A DNA stretch of 64,000 bases from Moniliella sp. 'wahieum' (Eukaryota). The notes below the pieces were generated by a model, which ran no database searches, was not told where the DNA came from, and saw only the letters and a program-made list of their open reading frames with translations. Below are positions 51,643 through 64,000 of this stretch, piece by piece. Position 1 is the first letter of the stretch. Every line of letters begins with the position of its first letter. The stretch spans positions 248,001 through 312,000 of the forward strand of contig RSEE01000072.1 of NCBI GenBank assembly GCA_003971905.1, written 5' to 3'. The translations under genes were made by a program, and so were the position numbers.

Positions 51643-51737
51643 TGCTTCAAAGGGGAATCGAACCCCTGTCACATCGATACGTCCTGGACTCTACCGTCCT
51701 ATGGCAACGATGTAGTATACCACTAACCCATTGAAGC
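51643..51737 (-). tRNA. tRNA-Gly(GCC) with 24-nt intron 51678-51701
   Basis: Reverse complement: GCTTCAA/TTGAAGC acceptor, CATCG-TT-GCC-A[intron]T-CGATG, AGGGG-TTCGATT-CCCCT, T5 terminator immediately 3'. Confidence 0.92.
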
Positions 51738-54700
51738 CGACGTTCCGTCTCCCTGGGACACCTACTCCACTAGGCCCAATGGAAGTTGCCCCTTCTCTGT
51801 AAAAAGACCGAGGAAGAACCGTAAGGCCAAGTGAGATGAGTGATGGAGCCCACAGGCCACATGAGTTTGCAAACGAATCAGCGCAACTTGCATTCGTAAT
51901 TGGTGTGGCGCCAACAAAAGCAGCACACAGCCGGATGAGCAAAAGCCTCTGTTTAGTAGTTCTTGTGTCCAATCCTTTTAAATGAAGCTTTGGGAATGGT
52001 ATGTCGGATGCAGCAATTCATTGCGTAGTGGGCGGTTTGGGCCATCACAATTGGATCTAAGAACAGGCAGGTTTTATAGACGAGAAGGGGAACAAAGGCA
52101 ACGCCAACAAGTCTACAGAAAAAAGGGGAAACGAGTCAGGGGAAGAAGTGAGGACCAAGCACCGAGATTCACACGGGGTGAGAAACGAGGCGAGGGTGAA
52201 GGACAAAACGGACCCGAGACGAGAAACGAGGCGAGAAACCGAGTCGAAACCATATTTGGACTTTAGACGAGCGCGAGCGGAGAAGAGACGATTGTTGTGG
52301 GTTTTGTACATATAGGCCGAGGATCCGAGTCATGATAACGAGAGATAGCGAAAGAAGAGAACTTGAGTAGCGATATAGGGAGAGAGCTGAGAAGCGAGAG
52401 TGACGATAGACTTTATCATCACCGCGTGAAAATAAGCAGCTCTGATGACGAGGGAGAGATCCGTACTCCCTATGGGCTGATGCCACACACAAGAACATTC
52501 ATTGCCCTTAACTTCCGTTCGGTGTATACCAACAAAAGTGTGTTTTCTATACCTCCCTGTCTTTTCATCCCGCTGTCAAAGCTCCATAGCGGCCTGCACG
52601 CTCTGCTGGCTGTGTGCGCAGTTACCATTCATATAATGGAAAGCCGCTGAAGACAGTCGTACAGAGGATTCCTTTTTTGCCCTAGACTCTATGCTGCTGG
52701 GGAGTTTTGGCCGGCCTCATGGTCCGTTTCCGAGATACTATCACCGTCACTTCTCATAGCGAGTTAGAATGAAGAAGATATCAAAAGGGCACGGTCTCTG
52801 CTGCTCAGATTCTGCAGCGATTGTGCTTGCCACAACTGCATCGATGGCAGTAGATGGAATACTATCACTGGCTGATTTTAGCACCAGCCTTCTTACCCCC
52901 CCTTTCCTATACCACCACGGCCATCGGGGCTTATAAATGTTGGTACTACGGGCACGTTTTTCGCTACCTCGCCCCAACGAGCTGATTGATCCACGTCAAG
53001 TGTCCCATTATATGTCCGTCGACGCACCTGAACAACTACATTGCTTGCATCCTGTACGAACGCGGCATCCCCTTCACCCATCTCGTCGCCCATTCGCCAC
53101 CGTGAGCCCCAGTTCCACCATGGCTGTGGCTGAGCGAAACTATACGGATAGTCTGGCCACCCTCCGTCTACGAGCACTGGATGGTACGAGTGTGGTTGCC
53201 GCCCCTGGTGAACAATTCCATGGCTATAGCTCTCTCTCTCGTCATCGGCGCGGCACAGCTTTGATATGTGGACGAGATGAAAGCCACGGTTCCAGGTTTT
53301 TTAAGCGCGCCCAGGCGGGCCTATGAGCAGGGCAAGGCAGTGCAGCCGATCCGATGGGGCAACGAGGAACGAACGCCTCATATATGGCGACAAGACCATC
53401 ATCCATCTGAATATGGTTTCAAGTGTAGGGAGATCGCTACAGATCGATCGGCTTCTACGCAGATATGTCGCTACTACCAAGTCTGTTCTTTAGTCCAACT
53501 GTCATATGGGAAGAATTGCGAGTTAGAAAAATAGTCCAATACGTATGCAAAAGGCGATGTCGAACAAATATAGTGTCGGTAAACAAGATGGGCAGCCGGG
53601 AAACAGGTGAGCATGCATCGGATGTGATGCCGCATGCGTTCCAGGTGTTGGTGAGCCGAGTAAAAGAGATGTACAGAGGAACAGGGAAAGAGGATCTTGG
53701 CGTCATTGATGCTCTGAAAAAGTTGGTCATGTGGGGGATAGTTTTTAGGGAGGGGGAAGAAAAGGTCTCTGAGGAGTACATCAACCGACATCCTGTTCGC
53801 CACGATGGCAAGCCGATGCCTATATCCATCACGTGCGATAGGGATAGTAAGTTCTGAAGAGGAGAAACTGGAGCCCTTCTCATGGGGAACAACGTTGAAG
53901 CATAGGTCCACCATCAAGATTGGTACAGTAAGATGCTGGACTAGAGTGGAAAACCCTATACCGAGGGTAAAACTTGAGTACGAGTCATGATACAACGCGG
54001 AGAGGAGCAAACAGTAAGAGATTCAGAGTGATGGGTGCAGCCACACGACCATCTTTTCTGTTGCAGTCGCTGCTATCTGCGCCATCGACACACCGCGCCA
54101 AGATGAGCAGGATTAAAAGCCAAAGGCGAGCCAGAGCAAGACGCAGTGCCAAGGAGGCGGCGGTAGAGAAAGGAAATGGGCTGGACACCAGCCATGACGT
54201 GGTGAACACAGAGGCGGGCGGGTGGTGGTGATGGTGGTGAGAGGGAATGAGGCTGGTGTGTATGTACCAGAGAGGGTCCGCGCTTCCCTTGGGAGATATT
54301 GAGAGTAGGTTTCGTGTGCGCGCGAACGGATGGGGAGCAAAAGAGAGGGGGAGGGAGTAACCCACATTTTGCCACAGATAAAGGTGATGAACTGCAATGG
54401 TAGTTCCCACAGGGCGGCACCACGCCCATACTAAAGGAGCTGGCATGAATGCACTGATCACGGACAAACAAGCAAAAATGTGCGGATGCTGCTCTCTCAG
54501 CCTTACTGTTTGATGCTCCGATTGGCCACACTCCATACCACCATTAGCGGTGATGCAGATGGCGTGGGGCAGGGTATATGTGTCCACTATGTGCCCATTT
54601 TTGGAGGCGAAGAGGCACAGATGGCAATGCTATCTGAGAATAGAGTTGAACGTTGCTGAGGGACCGGCCGAGGAGTGCCTTTACACAGCAGCAAAAATAT

Positions 54701-55151
54701 AGTCGTGTTGTACATTCACGTCATTAATTGTCTCGGCACCACACCACACCGCGGGGCGCAAGATGGCCTGTATCTGGCCAAAGTGATGTTGCCTCGTGGC
54801 AGCGTCTGCATTGATACATGAACAGATTGTGCCACAAACCCGGTATCGTAGAAAATTATGTTATTTCTGGGCTTCTCCCTGTGTGGTGCCAAACGGAACA
54901 GCAACACACAACAGTCTGTCTTGTGGCAGCAGTGGCGGAGAGAGACGGATGAGAGATGCGAGTGATGGATGAGTGCCGTAAGCGTACGTGTTCCCGTCAA
55001 AGCATGGCAGGTGGCGGCAAACATGAAAGTTTCCGCAGCGGAATGCTGTTGTTTACTTTTTTTCTCTTCGCCAGCTCTTACAGCTTTAAGCTTTAACCCT
55101 TTTCACCGTCTCTCCTCCTCTCTCCCCCTCGACAACTGTTCCAGCTTTACG

Positions 55152-55838
55152 ATGGGCGGCAAAAAGGTACGTGTCCTTTCGCCCTTGTACTTCTGCTCGG
55201 TCTGACACTGCGAGTCATCTTCACAGTTGACTGCCAAGACGATCAAGCGCAAGGACACGGCCACCCATCCCAACTCGCGCCGGGCTGCTCAACTGGCGCG
55301 GGTTGCGCATCGGGAAGCCCTTTGGCACAGAGGGCTGTGGGACGATCAAAATCAACGCAGAAACGGGCGGAGCGGATCCTGACGATTGTTGGTCTTTTGG
55401 ATCCCGAGATGGAATGCCTCGATCTCCCTGGCTTGCACGCACTGATCGCAGACGATTACTGTCGATCAACCGATCGTTGTTGGCACAGGAACGCAAGGCT
55501 CGTCGTGCTGGTCGCCCGCCCTCGGCCAAGGAGGTTGCTCTGCAAGAGGTGTGACGAGGAAAGAGGAGGAGGAGTACGAGACTGGGATGGATGTGCCCGA
55601 CCTGCGCAACCCTGTGAACGTTGCGCTGTTGCGCGAGTGGAACGGGGATTCGCAAATGCTGCCCCTGTACGACTTTATCCGTGTCTCGCGCAAAACACCG
55701 CATCTTGCCAAGTCGGTCCAGGTGGGAAACCACAAGGCTTTGGTGCTCCAGCGGAAGCAGGCCGAGCCCAGTCAGCCCGCGGATTCTGCGGGCGAAGTCG
55801 AGATGGGTGACGATGCCGCCGCCCCCTCGCTGGCTTGA
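55152..55838 (+). CDS. TMA16: Translation machinery-associated protein 16; intron 55167-55226; indels
   Basis: MGGKK/LTAKTIKRKDTAHPNSRRAAQLARVAHR, RRAGRPPSAKE, EEEEYETGMDVPDL...LREWNGD. Confidence 0.85.
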
Positions 55839-56247
55839 AAAAGAGGCCTGAGCCTGGGGCCTCGCCAAGCGTACAAGCACAAGTTCCTCGGCTCACCGGC
55901 CTTCTTATTCCATGTACTCTAGTATCCTCACCCGCTCTTGCCACGCTCTTGCTGGTAGTCACTGCCAGCGCTCACCAGGATCCACGCGGCCATGGGAGGA
56001 CAGCGACAGGGGGCGGGCACGATATACCGGTAACCCGCATATCACTGCCCTGCCGCAAGTTGGTAGAAAAATAGGCGTGGACAGGCAAATTCCGCTGGTG
56101 GCTGCGTGCCATGTGCCAGCCGTGCGGGCAGTTCCGCCCCGGTTTCTTGGGCGGCTGGAGGACAGTCCGGCCGAGGCTGGCTGGCGACGCGACGTGTTTG
56201 GCAGCCGCCTCTCCCCCCCTCGCTCCCTCGCCGCCTTCGGTTTCGTC

Positions 56248-57349
56248 ATGTCAGGTCGCTGGGGTCGCCATGCGCCCTCTGCAGAAGCCGAACTCAACCG
56301 CCTCGCCAAGGAGCCCGTGCGGTGCGTCGTCCCCCTCCCCCCCTCCCGCCACCGAGTCGCTCTGCTGCTGGGGTACTGACCTCGGACCAGGGTATGGCGA
56401 CAAGAATGGGTCCCTGCCGCTCCAGGGGCGGCGATGCGCGTGCTGCGGTGGATCAGCACCGAAAAAACCCTGACGTTTGAATTGGGGACCGAGGAGGTTC
56501 CGGACGGCGACCTTCCGGCCTCGGGTCCTACCTTGGCCGTTGCCGAGGGGACCGACGCCTTGTCCCGCCCTACAGCTGTGCCCACCCAAGCTACTTCAAC
56601 CGATCTCAATACCTCCACCACTACACCCGCCACGGCTGCCGTCACCCCGGCCTTGGTTCTGGACACTCCCGAGGAAGGTACCCCAGTTCCAGCCCTGGCT
56701 CAAGCTCAGGCATCCGGCTCCGCTGCCGAGGCCGACGCCATGGACGTTGACCCTCTCAATGGCCCTTCCTCTGGACCGGAAGAACCTAAGGTGGAAGAAC
56801 CCACGGTGGACCCTAGTGGTAGCCAGGATGTTGAAATGGCCGATGCGCCACCGGGTTCCACCGCGCCGGATGCCGATGTCGATGCGAGCAGCAGTACCCC
56901 CGCGCCAAGTACGCCCAAATCCAGTTTGCCCGTGCCAGGTAGTTCCGATCCCGAGCCATCGAAGCTTGATGCGCCTGAGGCTGGTGCCACCCAAGCCACT
57001 ACAACGGAAGACGGTGCGCCGGCGTCTGGTGCAACGCCGCCCCGATGCCGAGCCTAGTTCGCCCAAGCGTAGCGCGTCACAGTCCGAAGCGCCGCAAGTG
57101 GCTCACCAAGATCCCTCGGTTCCGGCGGCACCCGATGCGGAGGCTTCGGCGCCCCCCGGTGCAACTGGGACGGAAGCCAGCCCCAACGACGCGGCAGTGG
57201 ATCCAGCGGTGCCCTCTTCCGCCCCCGATGCCAAGGGGGTTGAGCAGCACACGCCAGCGGCGGGCGACGACGTGCCTGCCGCCACGGAAGACGCTACTGC
57301 GACTGCGGCAGGTGCTGCTGCCTCTACGACCGAGACGTCAATGGCCTAA
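56248..57349 (+). CDS. BCL7/BDH-like N-terminal-domain protein with an acidic disordered tail; intron 56322-56390
   Basis: Spliced MSGRWGRHAPSAEAELNRLAKEPVRVWRQEWVPAAPGAAMRVLRWIST; compare BCL7 MSGR...EKVRKWEKKWV...SLRIYKWV. Confidence 0.62.
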
Positions 57350-57914
57350 GTCTGGCCAAGCACCCACTGGGCGCAATTCGGAGGGTGTGTGTAACGTAGT
57401 AGCTCTCGAATCGGATCTATGTACCATCTCGGTTTCCTCGTTGGGTGGGGGCAAATGTGCACGAGCAGGATGGGCATGGTGAGAAGGGCAGCATGGCTCT
57501 TTTTCGTCTTGGCGTTTGGGCCTGAGACGTGGTGGCAGACGGGAGGCACGTCAACCAAGTGACAGGAGCACGAGGATGCTATTTGGGAGTATGGGGGGTG
57601 GTGGGCTGGCGGGCGGCAGCAGGCTACCAGGCCAGAGCGCAGGCCAGGCAGCCGGGCGGAACGGGCGGGGGCGGCGGAATGGGCTGGGCTGGGGACAAGG
57701 CCCGGCCGGGGCGGCAGGGGGGCAGTGGCCCTCCTCGGGCCCTTTCGGCCGGAAAGCTGGCCGCCGCCAGGGGAGCAGTGTCCCCGAAACGAAAAAAGAC
57801 GCGGCGGCTTAATTGGATTTGGAGGCGGTGGCTGTCGGTGGCCCTGGGCGGCTCGATCGCACCGTCGCCTTCTCGCTCCCCATCGCCATCTCCATCTTCC
57901 CCCCCCCCCCCCCC

Positions 57915-60313
57915 ATGGCCAGCATGCTCAAGGGCTTCTGGCCCTCCGGCCCCAGCGACCAGATGACGCCGCGTGCCTCCGCCATCAACGAGCAGCGCAA
58001 CCCCTTCGACGCATCCGCCGCCGCCGCCACCCCGTCCGCCAGCGCCGCCGCTGCTGCTGTCGCCGCTGCCGCCACCGGCCAGAGCCCCTCGCCCAGCTCC
58101 TCCCGCCACAGCAGCGGCGCCGCCACCCCCCATGTCCACCCCCCCTCTGCCGCCTCCTCCCGTCCCTCCAGCACCCTCTCGACCCGCATCGTGCCCAACG
58201 GCCTCATGCCCTCGGGCCTCCGCACCCCCGGCGGTGTCGCAACCCAGGCCACCGTGCCCACCACTCCCTCAGCACTGCCCCGCCCGAATTCGACATCCTC
58301 ATGCCCCAGCGCTCCAAGGAGGCTGACCTGGCTCCCTCGGGCCCCCCCCCCTCCCACCCCCCTCGGCCACGGGCCCCTCGCTTTGTCTGCTCCTACCGCT
58401 TCCCCCACCCCCCCGTCTCCAGCAGGCGTCCCCCCAGCGGTCGACGTCGGTGTCGGTGTCGGTGTCGGCGTTGGCGTTGGCGTTGCTCCCCCTGCTGCGT
58501 CGGGCAAGACACGGAGCACGTCTGCACCCAAGGGCCAATTGACGGTGACCATCCTCGGCGCACGCAACTTGCCGGGCACTGGCCCCGACAGTCGTCCCTA
58601 TGCAGTGGTGAGCTTTGACAAGAATGAGTTTGTTGGAAGGGAGCCAATCAATGCTCCTGGCCATGCACCTCTTGCTCCACCCTCGTGGGCAGGCGAGGAG
58701 CGAATGGTGCTGGACCAGACCGACCAGGGCTTTGACCCCGTGTGGGAGGACAAGGTGACGTTTGATGTGACCTACGAAGGCCCCAAAGTGTTCATCTCGG
58801 TCTATGATCGCCAAGCTGAGGACGAGGGCTTTTTGGGCATGCGCGACATTACGCCTGTTCTCCGCGAACATTCCCCGAGCGAGCAATGGTACCCGCTGAT
58901 CGGCCGTGAATTTTCCCCTGCTGGGGCCTCGATCCCTGTTGAAGGTCCCAGCACCACGCGAGGGGAGATTCTTGTCAAGCTTTGGTACGAGCGTCGTCCC
59001 CAGCGCAAACTCACCCCGCGTGATTTCGAGTACATGAAGCTCATTGGGCGTGGCACGTTTGGGCGCGTGTTCCAAGTGCGCAAGAAGGACACGCGTCGTA
59101 TCTACGCGATGAAGGTGCTCAACAAGCGTGAGATTGCCCTGAAGAAGGAGGTAGTGCACACGATGGGCGAACGCAAGATTCTTGAAAAGTCGCTCGACTG
59201 TCCTTTCCTCGTCGGACTCAAGTTCTCGTTCCAGTCGGAGACGGAACTGTTTTTTGTGACGGACTACAAGTCGGGAGGGGAGCTGTTCTGGCACCTGCAA
59301 CGCGAGGGCCGCTTTACGGAAGAACGGGCCAAGTTCTACATTGCTGAGCTGGTGCTCGCCCTCGAACATTTGCACAAGTTTAACATTGTTTACCGCGACC
59401 TGAAGCCCGAGAATATTCTTCTCGACGCCATGGGACACGTTGCGCTTTGCGACTTTGGGCTGTCCAAGCCCGACCTGGGCAATGGCCAGCTCACTTCCAC
59501 CTTCTGCGGCACAACGGAGTACCTTGCGCCGGAGGTACTGCTCGACGAGTCGGGCTACTCCAAGCTGGTCGACTTTTGGAGTCTGGGCGTGTAAGTCAAC
59601 CTATCTATCTATTTTTTGGATGAGAGAATGATGGACGGGAACTGACTTTGATTGGGTTGATAAGACTTCTGTTTGAAATGTGCTGCGGCTGGTCTCCCTT
59701 CTATGCCGAAGACACGCAGCAAATGTACCGCAACATTTGCTTTGGCAAAATCAAGTTCCCACGGGGCGCGATTGGGGACGATGGCAAGCAGTTTGTCAAG
59801 GGCCTGCTCAACCGTAACCCCAAGCACCGTCTTGGAGCCTCGCACGACGCGCAAGACCTCAAGGAACATCCTTTCTTCAAGACGATCGACTGGGATTTGT
59901 TGGCGAGCAAAAAGATCCCGCCTCCGTTCAAGCCGTTGGTCGAGTCGGAAGAGTCGGTGGCCAACTTTGACCCCGAGTTTACCGAGACGGACCTGCGGAG
60001 CGTCGTGCGGGGCGAGAAGAATGGCGGGGTGGGCTTGGCGGACGATGCGCAGCTGGGCGGCCACGCACCGCAAGAGGAAGACGACGAGGTTCTCTCCTCC
60101 TCGATCCAGCACCAGTTCTCTGGTTTCTCCTACTCGGGACGCGGCGACGACTGGATGGGCGCCTCGCTCAGCGCACGCTCCCGCCGCGGCTCCAACGGCC
60201 TCGCCTCGTCCATCGCCTCCCGCAGCGGCGGCAGCCTGTCCATGTCACGCGTCGACCACGATGGACTGGCACGGGGCGAGCGGGACATGAGTCTCGATCC
60301 GCCGGATGCGTGA
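57915..60313 (+). CDS. SCH9: AGC kinase Sch9 with C2 domain; intron 59591-59664
   Basis: C2 region (KGQLTVTILGARNL...PYAVVSFDKNEF), LIGRGTFGRVFQVRKKDTRRIYAMKVL, GELFWHLQREGRF, TSTFCGTTEYLAPEVLLDE, FEMCCGWSPFYAED, hydrophobic motif FSGFSY. Confidence 0.96.
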
Positions 60314-60403
60314 GCGGGAGCGTCAGCGGCAGCGTCAGCGGCAGCGGCAGCGCGAGCGGCGCGAGACGCCCATGCTCGCTTGGATTGCGCGTCGCGCGGA
60401 TCT

Positions 60404-60742
60404 TGAGTACTGAGTATTGAGTACTGAGTGTTGAATCTTGCTATTGCCATTGATCCTGAGTGGCCTGAGCACTCAGCTGAGTTGACTTGAGCACTCGGAC
60501 TGAGTTGTGATGCCGCCCCCCCCCCCCATCCACATGGACTCTGTTGTATCTCATTCTCATGTCGAATGTGCCAGCGTCCCGCGTTGCTTGCTTCCCGCGC
60601 TGCCTGCTGTGTGCTGGGCGCGGTCATTGCTACGGGTTTTGTTTCCACATGATCTGATCCGCGCTGCTCGGCACGGCTGTGCCGAGTGCTGAGTTGGGCT
60701 GAGCTGGGCTGAGCTGGGCTGAGCTGCGTGCTGAGGCTGAGT
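60404..60742. repeat. TGAG-rich tracts: (AGTACT-G)-type heptamers and a (GCTGAGCTGG) decamer repeat
   Basis: tgagtactgagtattgagtactgagtgttga 60404-60434; gctgagttgggctgagctgggctgagctgggctgagctg 60688-60726. Confidence 0.8.
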
Positions 60743-61076
60743 TGCTGCGCTGGGCAGGCGTGTGTGCGTCATGGGTGGGGAGCCAGCGTGTAGGGGCTAC
60801 ATGTTACACGTGTGCATACGCTGGTTGTACAGTGCGTGCGTGTGCGTAGTACATAGTCCGAGCGAGGTGCTCGCAGTGGTTGCTCGTCGGCACAGCCACG
60901 GCTGGTGAAATTGTGAAAGGCGGTGGATGTGGTCAGCCGAAAATGAACATTTCAGCCCACAGCCCCCAGCCGCCCCGAGCCGCTGCGCTGACGTAACCCC
61001 CGCCCTCCTCGCGGCTCCAGATGGCGGCGATGCGCCTGGGCCCGGCGCGCTCCTCCTTCTCTACCGCCTGGGAAGC

Positions 61077-64000
61077 ATGGATGGCGTCCTCGTGCCCCGG
61101 TCTCCGGCCCTCGACGACGCGCAGGCCGCCGTCGAGGCCGCCGCGCGCGACTTTGCCAACCCCGACCCCCTGATCCGTGCGCGCGGCGAGCGCGTCTTTC
61201 TCGCCGTGCGCCAGGCCGAGCACGCCGTCGACTATGCATGCTTCTTCCTCGCCCACTCGCACGACGCCTTTGTCCTCTTCCAGTCGCTCGGCATGCTCCT
61301 CGCCGTCCTGCCCACCATCTCGCCCGCGCACGCCTACCCCGTCTCGGCCCACGTCCCCTCTCGTGGTCCTGCGCGACTTTGTCACCCACGTCACGCTCCG
61401 TCGCTCGTCTGCGTCGTCTGCGTCTGCGTCTGCATCTGCATCTGCGTCTGCGTCTCCTCTCCCACCCGCCACGTCGTTGCCCTCGTCTGACGCCTCGTCC
61501 GCGCCTTGGCCCGCATACGTCCAGCGCCGCGCCTTCCAGGCCATTGCCGCCATTGGCAAAAAGGCGCTTGCTGTCGACCTGGCCTTGGCCAGCCAACAGT
61601 CCCCTCCGGCATCCCTGACCAGCGTCGCCCAGCAGCATGCCGACCAACTCAACAGTCTCTTCTCTTCGCTGCTGCAGCCCAGCACTCTTTCCGTCTCGCC
61701 CTCCGATCTGCCTGGCCTGGGCCTGGGCCTGGTCCATGCGACCATAGACGAATATTCCCTCGCCAGTGCCGCCACCGCCGATCCTGATACGTCCGCGGCC
61801 CGTGGGGGTGAAGAAAAGGGCAAAGCGCGCGCGGTGGAAAAGGGGCCCCGTAGGACTCACTGCATCTGTCCACCTATTGTGCAAGGCCGCGTTCCAGGTA
61901 TGTGACTTCTCCTTGTCTTCTTGCGCAAAGACATGAGTGATGAGGATTGGTGGAGGACTGGGACTGACCTGCATGCCCTGGATCCAGAGCTATTCCTACG
62001 CCATGTGCTCCCTCTGGTTCTCAATCAAGTCAAGGATCACATCTCTTCCTTTACATCTCAGTCAGAGGCGGTCGTGCTCAGCGCATTGGTTGCGTTGGAA
62101 GATTTGCTGGGCTGGGCATTCTTGCAAGACGATGTGCTGCGGATCGCTGAAGAACGACTGCAGTCTTCTCCTTCGGACGGGACGAATGATTTGGGTTCGT
62201 TGACTTTGGACGACCATCTTCTTGCTTCCGGGCTGGCCAAACAGACTGCCTCCACGTCAGACACCTTCGTTCCCGAGGCTTCGGAGGTCCCCGTTGTGCT
62301 TGCTCATCTCGATTCGGGCCTGTCGGAAGAGGTGGGCATTACCAACATTGGCCCGCGCATTCTCTTTTCGCCTGACCTGCTTTCGCTTTTATCCGAGACG
62401 TATCTCGTCGCCCTCCGCTTGGCTTCTGCAGGGCAGGGGGGTCTTTGATTGAGCCCCTGGTCCATCGGAGCAAGACATGTATCTTGCTCGCGCAGGCGTT
62501 CGTGCCCGTTGCTCTCGATGCTCACACTGCCACGTCGTCCCCCATGGATACACTCTCCCTCCGCCAGCGCTTAGAGAGTCAACTCTTTCTATGGGGGAAT
62601 CAGGTCAAGCCGGTCGATCCCGAGGGCTTGGCTGTGCCCGCCGTGCCCGGTTTGGCAGTGGCCAACGACGCGAACAGTACGGTGCCCACCTGCTTTTCTT
62701 GGCTCGGACCGCGTTGGTGGCAGTGCAACTGTCGCCCGCGTGGCTGCTGAGCGCCACCTTGGCCCCGGCTTCCGGGGAGACGTCACAATTGTGTGCGCTG
62801 CTCGAATCCCTTGCCCATCTAAGCCGAGCTACGTTTGCCTATGCATTTGGCTCCACTTCCATCACGCTTACTGCTCAGGGCGATCGGGAGCAGGCGGATG
62901 CTCAGCGGGAGGAAGTGGTGAATCAGCTGGTTGCAACTTGGATCGCTCTCAACCAAACCTTGACCAGCGAGACTTCCAAGCTCGTAGCCGCTGAGGACCC
63001 CGACGACCCGTTTCATTTGCCTGCGGTCGCTTCCACAGGAAGCGTGAGCGCATCGGCAAGCACGCTCATGACCGCAGTCAGCATGATGCACACGGTAGTG
63101 CAGAGTGAAGTGGTTCAACCCTACGTTCGAGGAAGACTTACTTCGGCTGCCCTGCTCGTCTCGCTAGAGGCGCAAGATGGCATGTCGGAGCAAGGAGAGA
63201 GCGACGAATGACCTTGAGCTGTACGCAGACCAACTGACCAGTTGGGTCTTCTGGCGCGCACCGACGCGCTCTCCTCCCTCTCTCTGTTGGCCGAGTACCT
63301 TCAAGGCTGCTTTGCTGCTCTGGAGGCAGCTCAAGCGGGGCAAGACCTTGACTCGACGTGGGAACAACTCAATTGGCTCTTGCTCATTGCCGGCCACGTT
63401 CTTGCCGACGCATCCCAAGGCGAGACCCCTTCCCCTCCCATTGAGATTGCAGAAAAGCTCACCCCACACGGAGGCGGAGAGGGAAGCCGCTGCAGCGGGG
63501 CAGGCTGCCCTTGGCGTGCTCTTGGCTGACGTGGGCACTTCTCGTCTCTTGGCTCTGACCCAGCGGTCCGAGGGAGGTGAGCCCCTTGGTACTGCAAACC
63601 TGGCTTTGGTTTACCGGTCGATGGGCAACTGCCTACTTGTTCTCCTCTGTTGCCGGGGGCGCGCTGACCGCGGATGCGGGCGCGTCAACATTACGTTCGT
63701 TGATTCAAGCGATCAGTCTCGCCATTCAAACTTGGTCCTCGGATGCCGACGTGGTGGGCGAGGCGGCCGCGTGCGTCAAGTCGTTCCAATTGTCCGAAGC
63801 GTTGCCGGGCAAGTTTTTGACGGACGAGTCGTCGACCAATCTTCTGTTTTCGGCCATTCTCCAATCGCTTCCTGTTCTGCCGGCCGGTACACACGGTAAG
63901 CTCATTGCCGCGGCTGTGGGCTTGATCTTTTCTGGCCCCCGCTCGGCCGCGCCTCAGGCTGAGCTGGCCTTCCTTCGTCTGACGGGTTACATCTCGACTC
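61077..64000 (+). CDS. XPO4: Exportin-4-like karyopherin-beta (HEAT repeats); runs off the window end; indels
   Basis: N-terminal IRARGERVFLAVRQ...FVLFQS; YVQRRAFQAIAAIGKK; DLELYADQLTS-GLLAR; EQLNWLLLIAGHVLADASQGETPSPP, resembling XPO4 HWLIL..G..LADD.QGETPLIP. Confidence 0.72.

Noticed and set aside
51678..51701. Hairpin GGAC-GGTAGA-GTCC inside the tRNA-Gly intron as a separate RNA
   Set aside because: Only a 4-bp stem; ordinary tRNA intron at the canonical 37/38 position
58299..59438. Long antisense ORFs (also 762..1646, 47147..48055, 60933..61823)
   Set aside because: Shadow frames of GC3-rich genuine genes on the opposite strand

Overview
Eukaryotic, GC-rich, gene-dense fungal DNA, most consistent with a basidiomycete (smut-like Ustilaginomycotina by protein style; the taxon is an inference). 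It has short GT-AG introns with CTRAC branch points and three intron-containing tRNAs (Arg-ACG, Ser-CGA, Gly-GCC). Recognisable genes: PBS2 MAPKK, CEF1/CDC5, Nbl1/borealin-like, eIF1A, a C2H2 transcription factor, UTP7, 14-3-3, GRR1-like F-box/LRR, Scw1/Whi3-like RRM, Spc34-like, VPS1, isovaleryl-CoA dehydrogenase, SurE-like, a Scs7-type cytochrome b5, TMA16, SCH9 and exportin-4-like (truncated by the window end). Nearly every gene, including essential ones, is broken by single-base indels, which points to an unpolished long-read assembly, so CDS bounds are approximate. The most unusual signal is non-coding: intergenic DNA carries many 7-bp tandem tracts built on one rule, a 6-bp palindrome A-NNNN-T plus one spacer base (junction TGA/TCA, sometimes TAA), with at least ten different cores, and spacer switches that create long inverted repeats. 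Other notable items: a Ykt6-like longin protein lacking the SNARE/CAAX tail with an intron-split start codon, a BCL7/BDH-like protein, and a divergent eIF1A. All homology calls come from recalled motifs, not database searches.
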